A DNA stretch of 64,000 bases. Source: Azolla caroliniana (lineage: Eukaryota; Plantae; Polypodiophyta). The position numbers and the translations under genes are program-made. The stretch is taken from NCBI GenBank assembly GCA_043228905.1, contig JBHGNT010000021.1, positions 8,618,001-8,682,000 on the forward strand, given 5' to 3'. A model generated the notes under the pieces. The model was not told the DNA's origin, searched no databases, and saw nothing but the letters and a program-made list of their open reading frames with translations. Shown in pieces: positions 53,890 through 64,000 of the stretch; the first letter of the stretch is position 1, and the number at the start of each line of letters is the position of its first letter.

Positions 53890-54784
53890 TGTTGAACTAG
53901 GCTTTGCTCCTGGTCCGCGCTGACAAGAATACACGCTCCGTAAGCACAACGCTCGGTCACAACCGAGGCTAGGATCAAACACAGAAAACGGGTAATGAAT
54001 GCACGACACAATAAAGAGAAGAGTACACAGGATGTTAACGTGGAGAACCCAAACTAGGGAAAAACCACGGCAGCCCACAGACTGCAATCTATCACTATAT
54101 CACAATGTACAATAGTAAAGCACCGAGGCAACGACCTCGAGCTTGCTATCTTCGCCACAGGCGGCGGTTACAACAGAGGCAACAACCTCTTCCTCTCTCT
54201 CTCTCTCTCTATACACAGTTACGCGCTCCAATCTTGCACCAACAAGAATGACAACAGTCAACACTAAGTTTGCCCTAAGTCATATTTACACTAATATGAC
54301 TTTTCGGCTATTTACGAATATAGCCCCGATGGACTCTCAGAAAACATATTTACGAATATGTCCCTTCATCCGGTGAACACTTCTCACTGGGCCTTCACCA
54401 TCCGGCTCTTGCCGGGTACTCGTCATCCGGTTCTCACCGGGTCTTCCGTTGCCGGGTACTCCACATCCGGTTCTCACCGGGTCTTTCGTCACCGGGTACT
54501 CCACATCCGGTTCTCACCGGGTCTTCCGTCACCGGGTACTCCACATCTGGTTCTCAACGGGTCTTCCGTCGCCGGGTACTCCACATCTGGTTCTCACCGG
54601 GTCTTCCGTCGCCGGGTACTCCACATCCGGTTCTCACCGGGTCTTCCGTCGCTGGGTACTCCACATCCGGTTCTCACCGGGTCTTCCGTTGCCGGGTACT
54701 CCACATCCGGTTTCGGCCTCGGTCGAGTTCGCTCATCGACACTGTTGTTCTCACTTCCCATCCGGAGGGACCTGTTTCCTAACA
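53890..54784 (-). mobile_element. Solo LTR related to the C1 copia LTR
   Basis: TGTTGAAC...CCTAACA; shares CTTCGCCACAGGCGGCGGT and TTTGCCCTAAGTCATATTTA blocks with 6524-7126. Confidence 0.85.
54424..54711. repeat. 40-bp tandem array, 7 units plus a partial, inside the solo LTR
   Basis: CATCCGGTTCTCACCGGGTCTTCCGTCGCCGGGTACTCCA at a 40-bp period. Confidence 0.93.
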
Positions 54785-56454
54785 CGTGCTCCTTCCGTTC
54801 TCGTCGTCGCCCACTCCACGTCTTCCGGCCTCCGCTCAAGTTGTCGGATGCGAGCTGCCAGCAACTCCTCCTGACTCATTTCCTCGACCCAGTTGACTGC
54901 CGTCCAGGAGGTAATTGTTCACTCCACCGACATGATGGGTTTCTCCCTGAACATGAGCTCCCCAGGCATTTATCTAGTCACCTAACTGTGCGTAGTTCGG
55001 TCCGCCCACAACGCATAAGGTAGGAGCCTTGGCCAGTTGCCGACTCACCCTTCGCATGCGCGTACTATGGCCTTTACGATCGGCCCGTGACCCCGCTCAA
55101 CCTTCCCATTTGCCTCCGGGTTGTATGCTGTTGTAAGGGACAACTTGACCCCTAGCCGGTCAAATAGCTCCTCGGCCTCCTCCGCATCCAGCTCTCCGCG
55201 GTGGCCACAATTTTCCCCACGCACCCGTATCGGCAGACGACATCTTCGATTAGAAACTTGCATACGGTCGTGGTGGTCTTGTTCATCAATGCCCGACCTT
55301 CCACCTGGTTCGTCAGATCTTCCGTCGCTAGCACCAGGTACCACATCTGTCCTACTACCATCGACATCGTCGCCAAGTCGACCATCCACTTGAACTGTAT
55401 GGTTGGCGGGTAAGTCGGGTGCAACTCGTCGCAGTGTCGAACCACCGAGTGCATCTGGCAACTTTTGCACATCGATACGAAGTGGTGCATGTCCTTGTAC
55501 ATTCTTGGCCACCAATACTTCTCCTTTAGCTTCTCGAACGTCGCCCATGTACCCCGATGTCCGGACCAAGGGCTCTCATGGAACTCCGTCATCAGCATTG
55601 TTTGGTCTTTAGTTCGCATCACTACCCGGAGTGGCGCATCTTTCCGCTTCTTTGGATGTCTTTAGATTTTCCCGTTTTGTAGGAAGAATTTGTACGCCTT
55701 CTTCCGTAGTCGACTCGCTTCCTCCCTTGTCCATGACGCGTCCGTCGTTATCATGCTTAGGAATCTTTCGATTAGAAGCCACTCGCCGTCATAGTCGTTC
55801 TCGTCGAACTCATTTAGGGGCAGAGTGCTTCGCTTGTTTACCTTCATCCAGGCCGATTTGAAGAAGTCTGCGCCGACTTCTTCGTTTTCCGACACCATGC
55901 CGTCCTCGTTCTCGAACCTCGCTCTTGAAAGCATGTCATCCATGGCGTTGTCCTTTCCAGAAATATGCTGTATTTCCGGGTTTAGGGACTTGATGTACAC
56001 AATCCATTTGAGCATCGCCAGATCTGGAGTTGCGCATCCAGAAACCATACCGAGAATCAGTAGGAAGTCCATCTCTAGAATTACTTCTGTCCGAATTAAG
56101 CAGTCCTTGTCGACCTTAACCGCCGAAATGATACCCCATAGTTCGCGCTTGACTGGTTTTGAACCGAATGAGTTGAAACGAATGTATAGACAATTATTTA
56201 TAGGTCCTTATGGAGTAATTTAGAATGTTCTAGAATATTTTAGATTTTATGATAAGAAATATAATCATGAAATATTAAAGGATGTTCTAGAATAATCTAG
56301 AATGTTCTAGAATGTTCTAATATCTTGTAATAACTAGAAACATAATTATTATAATCACACAACATATATGTTATCACAATGGTTAAGGGTTCAACACATA
56401 GACCAAGAAGTCGTGGGTTCGATTCTTGATAACCAAAATTTTGTCTTCATGACA

Positions 56455-59279
56455 TTATCCCCCCTTTCGATGATGAGTTCCACGAGTCGGAAGACAAGAG
56501 TTCGGACTTGGATTATGGGGATATTTGTCGTGAAATGCAACAACCATGTCGGAGGCATTAGCAAGATGCTCGACAGGCTCCCATGTTTGATCATTAGGTG
56601 TATAACCTAACCAATCAACCAAATAATATAGTTTGTTGCGGATGATCTTGGAGTCGAGAATAGCAACAACCTCATATTCAGAGCCATTGGAAACTTCGAT
56701 TGGAGGTGGGGGAGGTGTAAGACGACCCGGAATAGAGCTTGTTGTATAGGGCTCCAAAAGTGAAACATGGAAGACCAGGTGAAGACGCATATGAGGAGGG
56801 AGATCAAGACGAAATGTCACATCATTGATCTTACCAGAGATCACATATGGGCCGAAACGTTGATAATCCAATTTGTAACAAGGTCGAGTGGTTTTAATGC
56901 TACCTTGTAAGAGCCATACACGATCTCCTACTTGAAACGTAGTCGATGAATCACGCCGATGACGATCAACAATCTTCTTTTGAGTGTTTTGGGCATCACA
57001 TAAATGATGCAAAAGTATATCTTGAATTTCTTGGAGTCGAGTGAGCCGATCTTCAGCAGCCAGGTTTTTCGGGAGTTCGGGATGTTCAAGCATCGTCCAA
57101 CGAGGATGGTACCCAATGTTAGCAAAATATGGGGAATAGCCAATAGAAGAATGTTCGGAGTTGTTATAAGCAAATTCCGCCAAATGTAATAAATCCACCC
57201 AATCATCTTGTTGATAGTTGACAAAACAACGTAGATATTGTTCGACTGTTTGGTTGGTGCGCTCACTCTGCCCATTAGTCTCTGAATGGTAGCCAGAAGA
57301 GAGTTTACAAGAAGTATGTAGGAGTTTGAACATGTGCCGCCAAAATTTCGAGATGAATTGGGGACCCCGATCACTGATAATATCATCCGGAAGACCATGA
57401 TGGCGAAACACTTCCCGCATGAGTAAATCGGCTGTCTCTTGACTAGTAATGGTCTTCGTGCATGGAAGGAAATGCGCCATCTTCGTAAAACGATTGACTA
57501 CCGTGAGAATAGAATCAAATCCCTTGGAAGGTGGAAGATCCGTAATAAAGTCCAAGGAGATAGATTTCCATAGGCTCTCCGGAATAGGTATTGACTGTAA
57601 TAGGCCATATGGATGATGTCGAGGCTTTTTTGATCGGCAACATGTATCACAACTACGAACATAATCCGTAACAAAATGGCGAAGCCGTGGCCACCAATAT
57701 TGGCGAGAAATCAACTCAAAAGTCTTGTGGATGCCGAAATGTCCAGCCATTGGCGTGTCATGACATTGTTGCACGACTTTGAGTCGAGAAGGACCGTCAG
57801 GCACATACAAGAGAGTTTGTCGAAAAAGCAAACCATCATGCCAATTGAACTGGGTGTAGTCTAGACGAGGATTTTTAGATTGAGAGCTGGAAGCACGATC
57901 TGGGATAATATGACTCAAAACCTCTTGGGCGAATCCATCTGTCGCAATCTGCTCCTGAATGGAATCAAGAAGCCTGGAATCTCCTGGTGTGTTGATAGTA
58001 TGAATCAAGAACCGTTGCAAAACTTGGCGAACATGTATCTCATGCTCTTCTTGAGTTTTTGAGTAGATCAAGATATCATCCAAGTAAACTATGATGAAGA
58101 TATTGAGGAAGTCTCGAAAAATGTCATTCGCCATATGTTGGAAAACTGCTGGTGCATTCGTGAGACCAAATGGCATCACTGTATATTCAAAATGACCATA
58201 GCGAATGCGGAATGCGGTCTTCCATTCATCCCCAGGACGAATTCGAACAAGTTTGTAGGCACCTCGAAGATCTAACTTCGTGAAAAACTTGGCTCCACTG
58301 AGGCGTTCTAGAAGGCTTGAGATCAATGGTAGAGCATATCGGTTTCTAATAGTTACTTTATTCAAGCCCCGATAATCCACGACCATACGAAGCGTACCAT
58401 CTTTCTTCTTAACGAAAAAGATGGGTGCACCAGCAAGAGATCTTGAATGTTGGATAGAACCATTTGCCAGGTTCTCATCTATATATTCTTGAAGAACCTC
58501 TAACTCCGTGGGCGAAAGGTTATAAATTGGCCCCCATGGAGGCTCTTTTCCTGGCTGCAAATCAATTGGGCAATCATAGGGTCGATGCTCTGGTAATCTA
58601 TTAGCCTTCACCTTATCGAACACATCGGAGAATTCTATGTACTTCTTTGGTAATTGGACCCCCAATTCTTGTGGGGTAGATGAGGGAGTTGCTAAAACCG
58701 CAAACACCATCATGTCTTCCTTCCTTCCATCCTCTCGTAACTGATGTATGGAGATTGTTGAAATCATGTGGGATCCTAGATCCTTTGTTGGAGTTTCAAG
58801 AGACTCGGATTGTACTATGACCTCTTCAATAGTTCTTTTTCTCCAATCAATAGTTGGGTTATGTAACTCAAACCAAGGAAGACCAAGAACTAGAGAGTGC
58901 TCTGGACTGCTAATGATGTTGAATGAGGTGATACTAGCCAAATTACCTAGGACTACATGAATTGATTCAGACTCTTCGACTATATCACCTGATGCTATAG
59001 GGCAACCATCAATGACTCCTATAACTACTGGGTTTGGGAGCTTGTTCAAGATGATGTTTTGGGTCAATGCAAACTCGCGATCCATGAAACAAGAATTGGC
59101 TCCAGAATCTAGGAGGGCAGAGGGTAGGACTCGATGACCTGTAGATGTGCTAAGCTCGACTTGTGCAGAAAAAACTCTACTAACTTGATTTGATGAAATG
59201 GAACCACAACTAGGTACCGACTCTACATATCTAGGATGGTCCAACCAAATGGCTCCTATTTTGGCCGGACTTATTCGTT
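56455..59279 (-). CDS. T1 Pol (PR, partial RT, INT, chromodomain) with an in-frame deletion of the RT C-terminus and RNase H
   Basis: LLDSGA, YLDDIL, then a jump to INTPGDS; HDTPMAGH...CDTC; SDRGPQF; YEVVAILDS...YYLVDWLGY...TWEP. Confidence 0.88.
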
Positions 59280-60281
59280 TAACACATCCTCTAATTGGCT
59301 CAAGACATCAAATCTATTCTCATGGCATGGGTTATTAGGCTTAGTAGTTAAATTATTAGAAGTGATAGTAGAACTCATGGTAGGGTTGTCATGTGCACTT
59401 ACTTGGTAAACTTGTCGTCTGGGTTTATGTGGACAATTCACAACAATATGTCCTGGACCACCACAATAGAGGCATAGGCGATGCGCCCGACGTCGTTGTT
59501 TCTCAGCATCTGATAAAGGCCCTCGACGTTGTGTTGACTCTATTTCCATCGGAGTGGGACCATCCCTCGTAACGGGTCTGGGAACTTGTGGCGGTGTTGC
59601 GACTATTGAAGCATACGTCTGTTCCGGTTGACGGCATATCATTTGTTGACGTTCAGAACGTCGCTCAAATAGGCGATTATCACATCGCACAGCTCGACTA
59701 ATAGCCTTTGTAAGAGACTTTGGATCTTCGTGGAAAGTAAGAAGAAGATCTTTAACATCGTTACGCAAACCTTGACGAAATTGATCCATTAAGGCTGCCT
59801 CATCCCAAGGGATGTCACATGCCAAGAGACGGAAATCTGCTGCGTAGGCTGAAGTGGGACGATCTCCTTGTCGGAGTCTTCGAATCTTGTTTATTGCCGT
59901 TCTAGTGCTATCGGTGTCTCCAAAACTAGCTTGAAACTCTTTAACGAATGCCTCAAAATCCTCCAACAATGGTGATTTCTTCTCTAGAAGTGGTGCAAAC
60001 CATGCTAATGCGGTACCGCTTAGCAAGGTTCCTATTAATCCCACACGAGCAGCATCAGTTGGGTACCGATTGGGATGTAACTGAATCACCGAACGGACTT
60101 GATTCAGGAAACCTCGAAACAAAGATCGGGTACCATCAAACTTGGCAGGGAGGCTAATCTTTGGTTCCCTTGGGGAGTTTTGAACCCCTGCCGCTTGTTC
60201 TCGTAATGTTAATATAATAGCCTCGAGTTGATGAACCCGTTGTGATAACTCCTCATATTGATGAGCTTTCTCGGTACTCAC
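59271..60281 (-). CDS. T1 Gag (start codon uncertain)
   Basis: LPAKFDG, LRQGDR, GPTPMEI, CLYCGGPGHIVVNC. Confidence 0.88.
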   Translation of the reverse strand: MSTEKAHQYEELSQRVHQLEAIILTLREQAAGVQNSPREPKISLPAKFDGTRSLFRGFLNQVRSVIQLHPNRYPTDAARVGLIGTLLSGTALAWFAPLLEKKSPLLEDFEAFVKEFQASFGDTDSTRTAINKIRRLRQGDRPTSAYAADFRLLACDIPWDEAALMDQFRQGLRNDVKDLLLTFHEDPKSLTKAISRAVRCDNRLFERRSERQQMICRQPEQTYASIVATPPQVPRPVTRDGPTPMEIESTQRRGPLSDAEKQRRRAHRLCLYCGGPGHIVVNCPHKPRRQVYQVSAHDNPTMSSTITSNNLTTKPNNPCHENRFDVLSQLEDVLNE

Positions 60282-63200
60282 TTGTTGTAAATCCCCGAGT
60301 AGCCTATGATTTTATTGCTCTAATGCCACAAACTTAGTCGTGAGCATGTCGAGCTCAGAAAGGACACGCATATACTCTTGCTTGCTGACGGATTCCATAA
60401 TTGAGGGAGAAAAAGAAAGAAGGGAAAAGAAGAAAGCTTGCTAGGGTTATTGGAAAAGGAAACAGAAATATTCGGTTCAAACTGTCGAGACTCGTGGGTA
60501 GAAGATAGAGTGAGAGCGAGAGTGAGAGCGAAAGAGAGAGGGTGTGTGTGTGTGTGCGTGAGAGAGAGAGAGTGAGAGAGATAAGACTTGAAATAGAAAT
60601 GAGATTATATTATGATGAAACAAGATTACAATGAGTAGGCTAAGGGCTAAAGACTGGTGTTGAACCGAATGAGTTGAAACGAATGTATAGACAATTATTT
60701 ATAGGTCCTTATGGAGTAATCTAGAATGTTCTAGAATATTTTAGATTTTATGATAAGAAATATAATCATGAAATATTAAAGGATGTTCTAGAATAATCTA
60801 GAATGTTCTAGAATGTTCTAATATCTTGTAATAACTAGAAACATAATTATTATAATCACACAACATATATGTTATCACAATGGTTAAGGGTTCAACACAT
60901 AGACCAAGAAGTCGTGGGTTCGATTCTTGATAACCAAAATGTTGTCTTCTTGACAACGGTAGGGTACACATCCGAACTAGGCCAAGAGGAGTTTTCATCT
61001 TCGTGATGTCCCTGCTTTCGATGACTAGTTGGAATTGGTCGTACCCCTGAGTATAATTCTCTGACCGAGTATATGGACCTTTCGAGAAAGGCCTCCGCGA
61101 ATTCGTAGATTGACGGCTCGACTCCCGTATTGCGACGGGTCACTTTATTGACTGACTGCAAGTCCTGAATGAAGCCCAGTGAGCCGTTCTTCTTTGGTAC
61201 TATAAACCACCGATTTGAGTAAGGGGCACTCGACGGCTCGAGGAGGCCCAACTTTCTGCTTAAGAAGCTCCATCAACTTTGGGATGTGAGCTCTTGGTAC
61301 CTGAATCGGCTTGAAACTCCACAACATGTGCGGTACCATGAAGATTACCATCGGTTCGGCAATGGTCGGCTCGATGCACCCTATCTCTCTCAGCGAGAAT
61401 GTGAAGGCTTTCCCGTGCCTCTCGAGCATCCTCTTGAACTGGTTCTCTTCCAACGGCAATAGGAAGCCACCCCCACCGATCTTCAACTCTCGTAGCGTCT
61501 TGTCGATGAACCGGTGTCCTATGCCGACCGGATCTCACAAGCTTGGGTTAGTAGCGACCTCCTTTATTCGTTCCCAGTTGCCCTCCGGCAAGGGAGCCAT
61601 GACTGGCTTCACCTTCTGATGTGCCCCCCTCTTGAAGTTCGCGATGACTTCGTACATCTCGATTGAATCAACTGGTATGGCCCGGTCTTCACTTAGACCC
61701 CTTTCGACTACCTTCTCGATCTCCCCAAGGGTGTGATCGAATGACTTCGTACATCGGTGAATCAACCGGTATGGCCCGGTCTTCAGTTAGACCCCTTTGG
61801 ACTACCTTCTTGATCTCCCCGAGGGTGTGATCGAATGAGACTGCCTCCACGACGTCACCAATCTCCTCGTTGGGGCCCAAGGCTCCGCATGCCTTCAAGC
61901 GCCCTTTGACTTGTTTCTTGTTCCGGCCACTAATGCTGGTTATGGTACAACCTTTGTTGTCAGAGAACAAAATTTTCCCACCTATAGTACAGGTGCAGAG
62001 TTTGTTCCGGTCATCCGGACTATCGCGGCCCCACGGCTTGATAGCCCTTTTTAAAAATCCTCTCGGTCGTCATTGCCGAGAGTGTCTCTAATATGCTCAG
62101 GGTTATGTCGTACTGTCAGGAACTGAACAAAGTGACGACCGTCCTGACTCTTCACCCTTGCATTGGCTGAACCATTGTCCAACACTTTGGTTTCCATTCG
62201 TGCTATTGTGATATATGGTTCACTGAGGATGACTCGATCAGAGGATGTGTCTTGCACGAAAAAGTGCTGGTCTATCTCGACATCACTAACCCCATGTAGC
62301 TCCTCCGTGAGCCGCGTAGCCGTGCGTATCTTCCACCTGTGCTTGGTGTTGATTGGCCATTTCCCCTTTTTGTAGAAGTCCATGGACATCAGGTTAATTT
62401 CCGACCCATGGTCAATCAATGTCACCACTGGCTCCTTCACATCCCTGATCCGAACCAGGGTTTCTTTCGTTGTTTTGGCCCAGTGCGGCCTTGTGTAGTG
62501 GCTTTCTACAAGCTCGTCCTCTGCGGCCACCTCGTCGAGCAACGTTGCCCTTACCCCCACCAGCTTCTCCAGTTCTGGCTCTGTCGCGAGCCGCTTCCTT
62601 TTTACGAGATCCACAATGCAATCGTGGAACTCTCTCCTTGCTATGCCTAGCACTTCTCTTAGTATGAGTTCTACGCGACTATCGAGGATTCGCTCTTCTA
62701 GGACCTTTCGTAGGTCCGTAGTTTTCTCGATTTTCGAGATTAACCGGAAGCTCGGAACCTTGCCCTTTTCTCTTTCTTGAGATCCAGCCGGAGCGACATC
62801 GTTCTTCTTAGGTCCTCTCCGGGTGTCATACCTCCCCGAAGGGCCCGCTCCTCCGGTCTTTCCGGCTTGCTTGTCATCGACCAGAACCGCGTAGTTCTGG
62901 CACGCAGCTTCTACAAAGCCGGTTTTCTCCTCAACCTTGTCGCTCCATCCAGTGACATTGCATACACGTCTTTCTGCACGGTCTGCTTCCTCCTTTTCCA
63001 ACTTCCTTTCGGAGAAGGTCTCCTCCCCGAAGGGCTTGCTTGTCATCGACCAAAACCTCGTAGTACTCGCACGTGGCTTCTACAAAGCCGATTTTCTCCT
63101 CAACCGGGTCGCTCCATCCGGTGACATCGCGTACACATCTTTCCGCGCGGTCTGCTTCCCCCTTTTCCAGCTTCCTTTCGGAGAAGGTCTCCAATACCAC

Positions 63201-63466
63201 CGGCCAAAATCCGAGGTTTCCATCAGGGCTAGTGGCATTTCCACCCATGTGGATGTCGAGTAGTGGATAACCTCGATGTGCCGCGCTGCAACCTCCTCAT
63301 GCCGCCTCATCCGGTGTTTACTTCAAGCATTCTGCATGTGTCACTTACGTGCACCCTGCCATTCCAAAGGTACACCACGTCGTTTTTGAGTGCTTCACCA
63401 AAGTCGGTACAATCTCTCCGGACGTGGCCGACAACATCGCACCATAAGCACCTTTGGTTGACCGAC

Positions 63467-64000
63467 GACAACATTTTGGCTTATCAAGAATCGAACCCAC
63501 GACTTCTTGGTCTATGTGTTGAACCCTTAACCATTGTAATAACATATATGTTGTGTGATTATAATAATTATATTTTTAATTATTACAAGATATTAGAATA
63601 TTCTAGAACATTCTAGATTATTCTAGAACATCCTTTAATATTTCATGATTATATTTCTTATCATAAAAATCTAAAATATTCTAGAACATTCTAGAATAGT
63701 CCATAAGGATCTATAAATAAGTGTCCATACATTCATTTCAACTCATTTGGCTCAACACCAGTCTTTAGCCCTTAGCCTACTCATTGTAATCTTGTTTCAT
63801 CATAATATAATCTCATTTCTATTTCAAGTCTGATCTCTCTCTCTCTCTCACGCACACACACACACACCCTCTCTCTTCCGGATGATATTATCAGTGATCG
63901 GGGTCCCCAATTCATCTCGAAATTTTGGCGGCACATGTTCAAACTCTTACATACTTCTTGTAAACTCTCTTTCGGCTACCATCCAGAGACTAATGGGCAG
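63467..64000 (+). mobile_element. Deletion derivative of the same chromovirus in opposite orientation (LTR 63467-63877 fused to integrase)
   Basis: Reverse complement of 60533-60946, then the reverse complement of the integrase from about 57392 ([12 protein letters not shown]). Confidence 0.88.

Larger units (their letters stand above)
56151..60955 (-). mobile_element. Tcn1/Tf1-like chromovirus T1 (5' LTR 60483-60955; truncated 3' LTR 56151-56454)
   Basis: LTR direct repeats at offset 4501, PPT at 56455, self-priming PBS, gag and pol with chromodomain. Confidence 0.93.
52781..63466 (-). mobile_element. Degraded Phygy-like element G3 (3' LTR 52781-53540), carrying a nested solo LTR and a chromovirus
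   Basis: TGTCGTG...CATGACA LTR with PPT at 53541; INT 53616-55700, RH 55662-56150, RT 60956-62050, gag-PR 62051-63466, all homologous to G2. Confidence 0.88.

Noticed and set aside
54424-54711. CRISPR-like periodic array
   Set aside because: Head-to-tail repeats without unique spacers, inside a eukaryotic LTR, with no cas genes
61640-63190. Local duplications inside G3 (about 61640-61830 and 62870-63190)
   Set aside because: Ordinary post-insertion decay; absent from the intact G2

Overview
Eukaryotic plant nuclear DNA, most likely a seed-free land plant such as a fern, lycophyte or bryophyte (inferred from the retrotransposon lineages present). About three quarters of the window is nested LTR retrotransposons. 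These comprise four Ty3/gypsy elements of one lineage (Phygy-like; three with a visible tRNA-Trp PBS; one young and intact at 25385-32689), three Tcn1/Tf1-like chromovirus copies, an intact Ty1/copia (1920-7126), degraded copias and solo LTRs. There are two spliced host genes: an 11-exon secreted GH1 beta-glucosidase-like gene (minus, 14930-18781) with a partial pseudogene copy, and a 13-exon kinesin-10/KIF22-like gene (plus, 44412-49407). Most notable: (1) tRNA-like A-box/B-box modules lie antisense, about 150-180 bp upstream of the TATA box, in four dissimilar LTR families. (2) The GH1 frame is intact but the catalytic nucleophile Glu is Ser and other active-site residues are remodelled. (3) A -1 frameshift signal with a covarying pseudoknot sits after the protease in the Phygy-like elements, whose protease motif is D-H-G. 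(4) The chromovirus has a Tf1-type self-priming PBS and its own frameshift pseudoknot. All coordinates, alignments and folds were done by eye.
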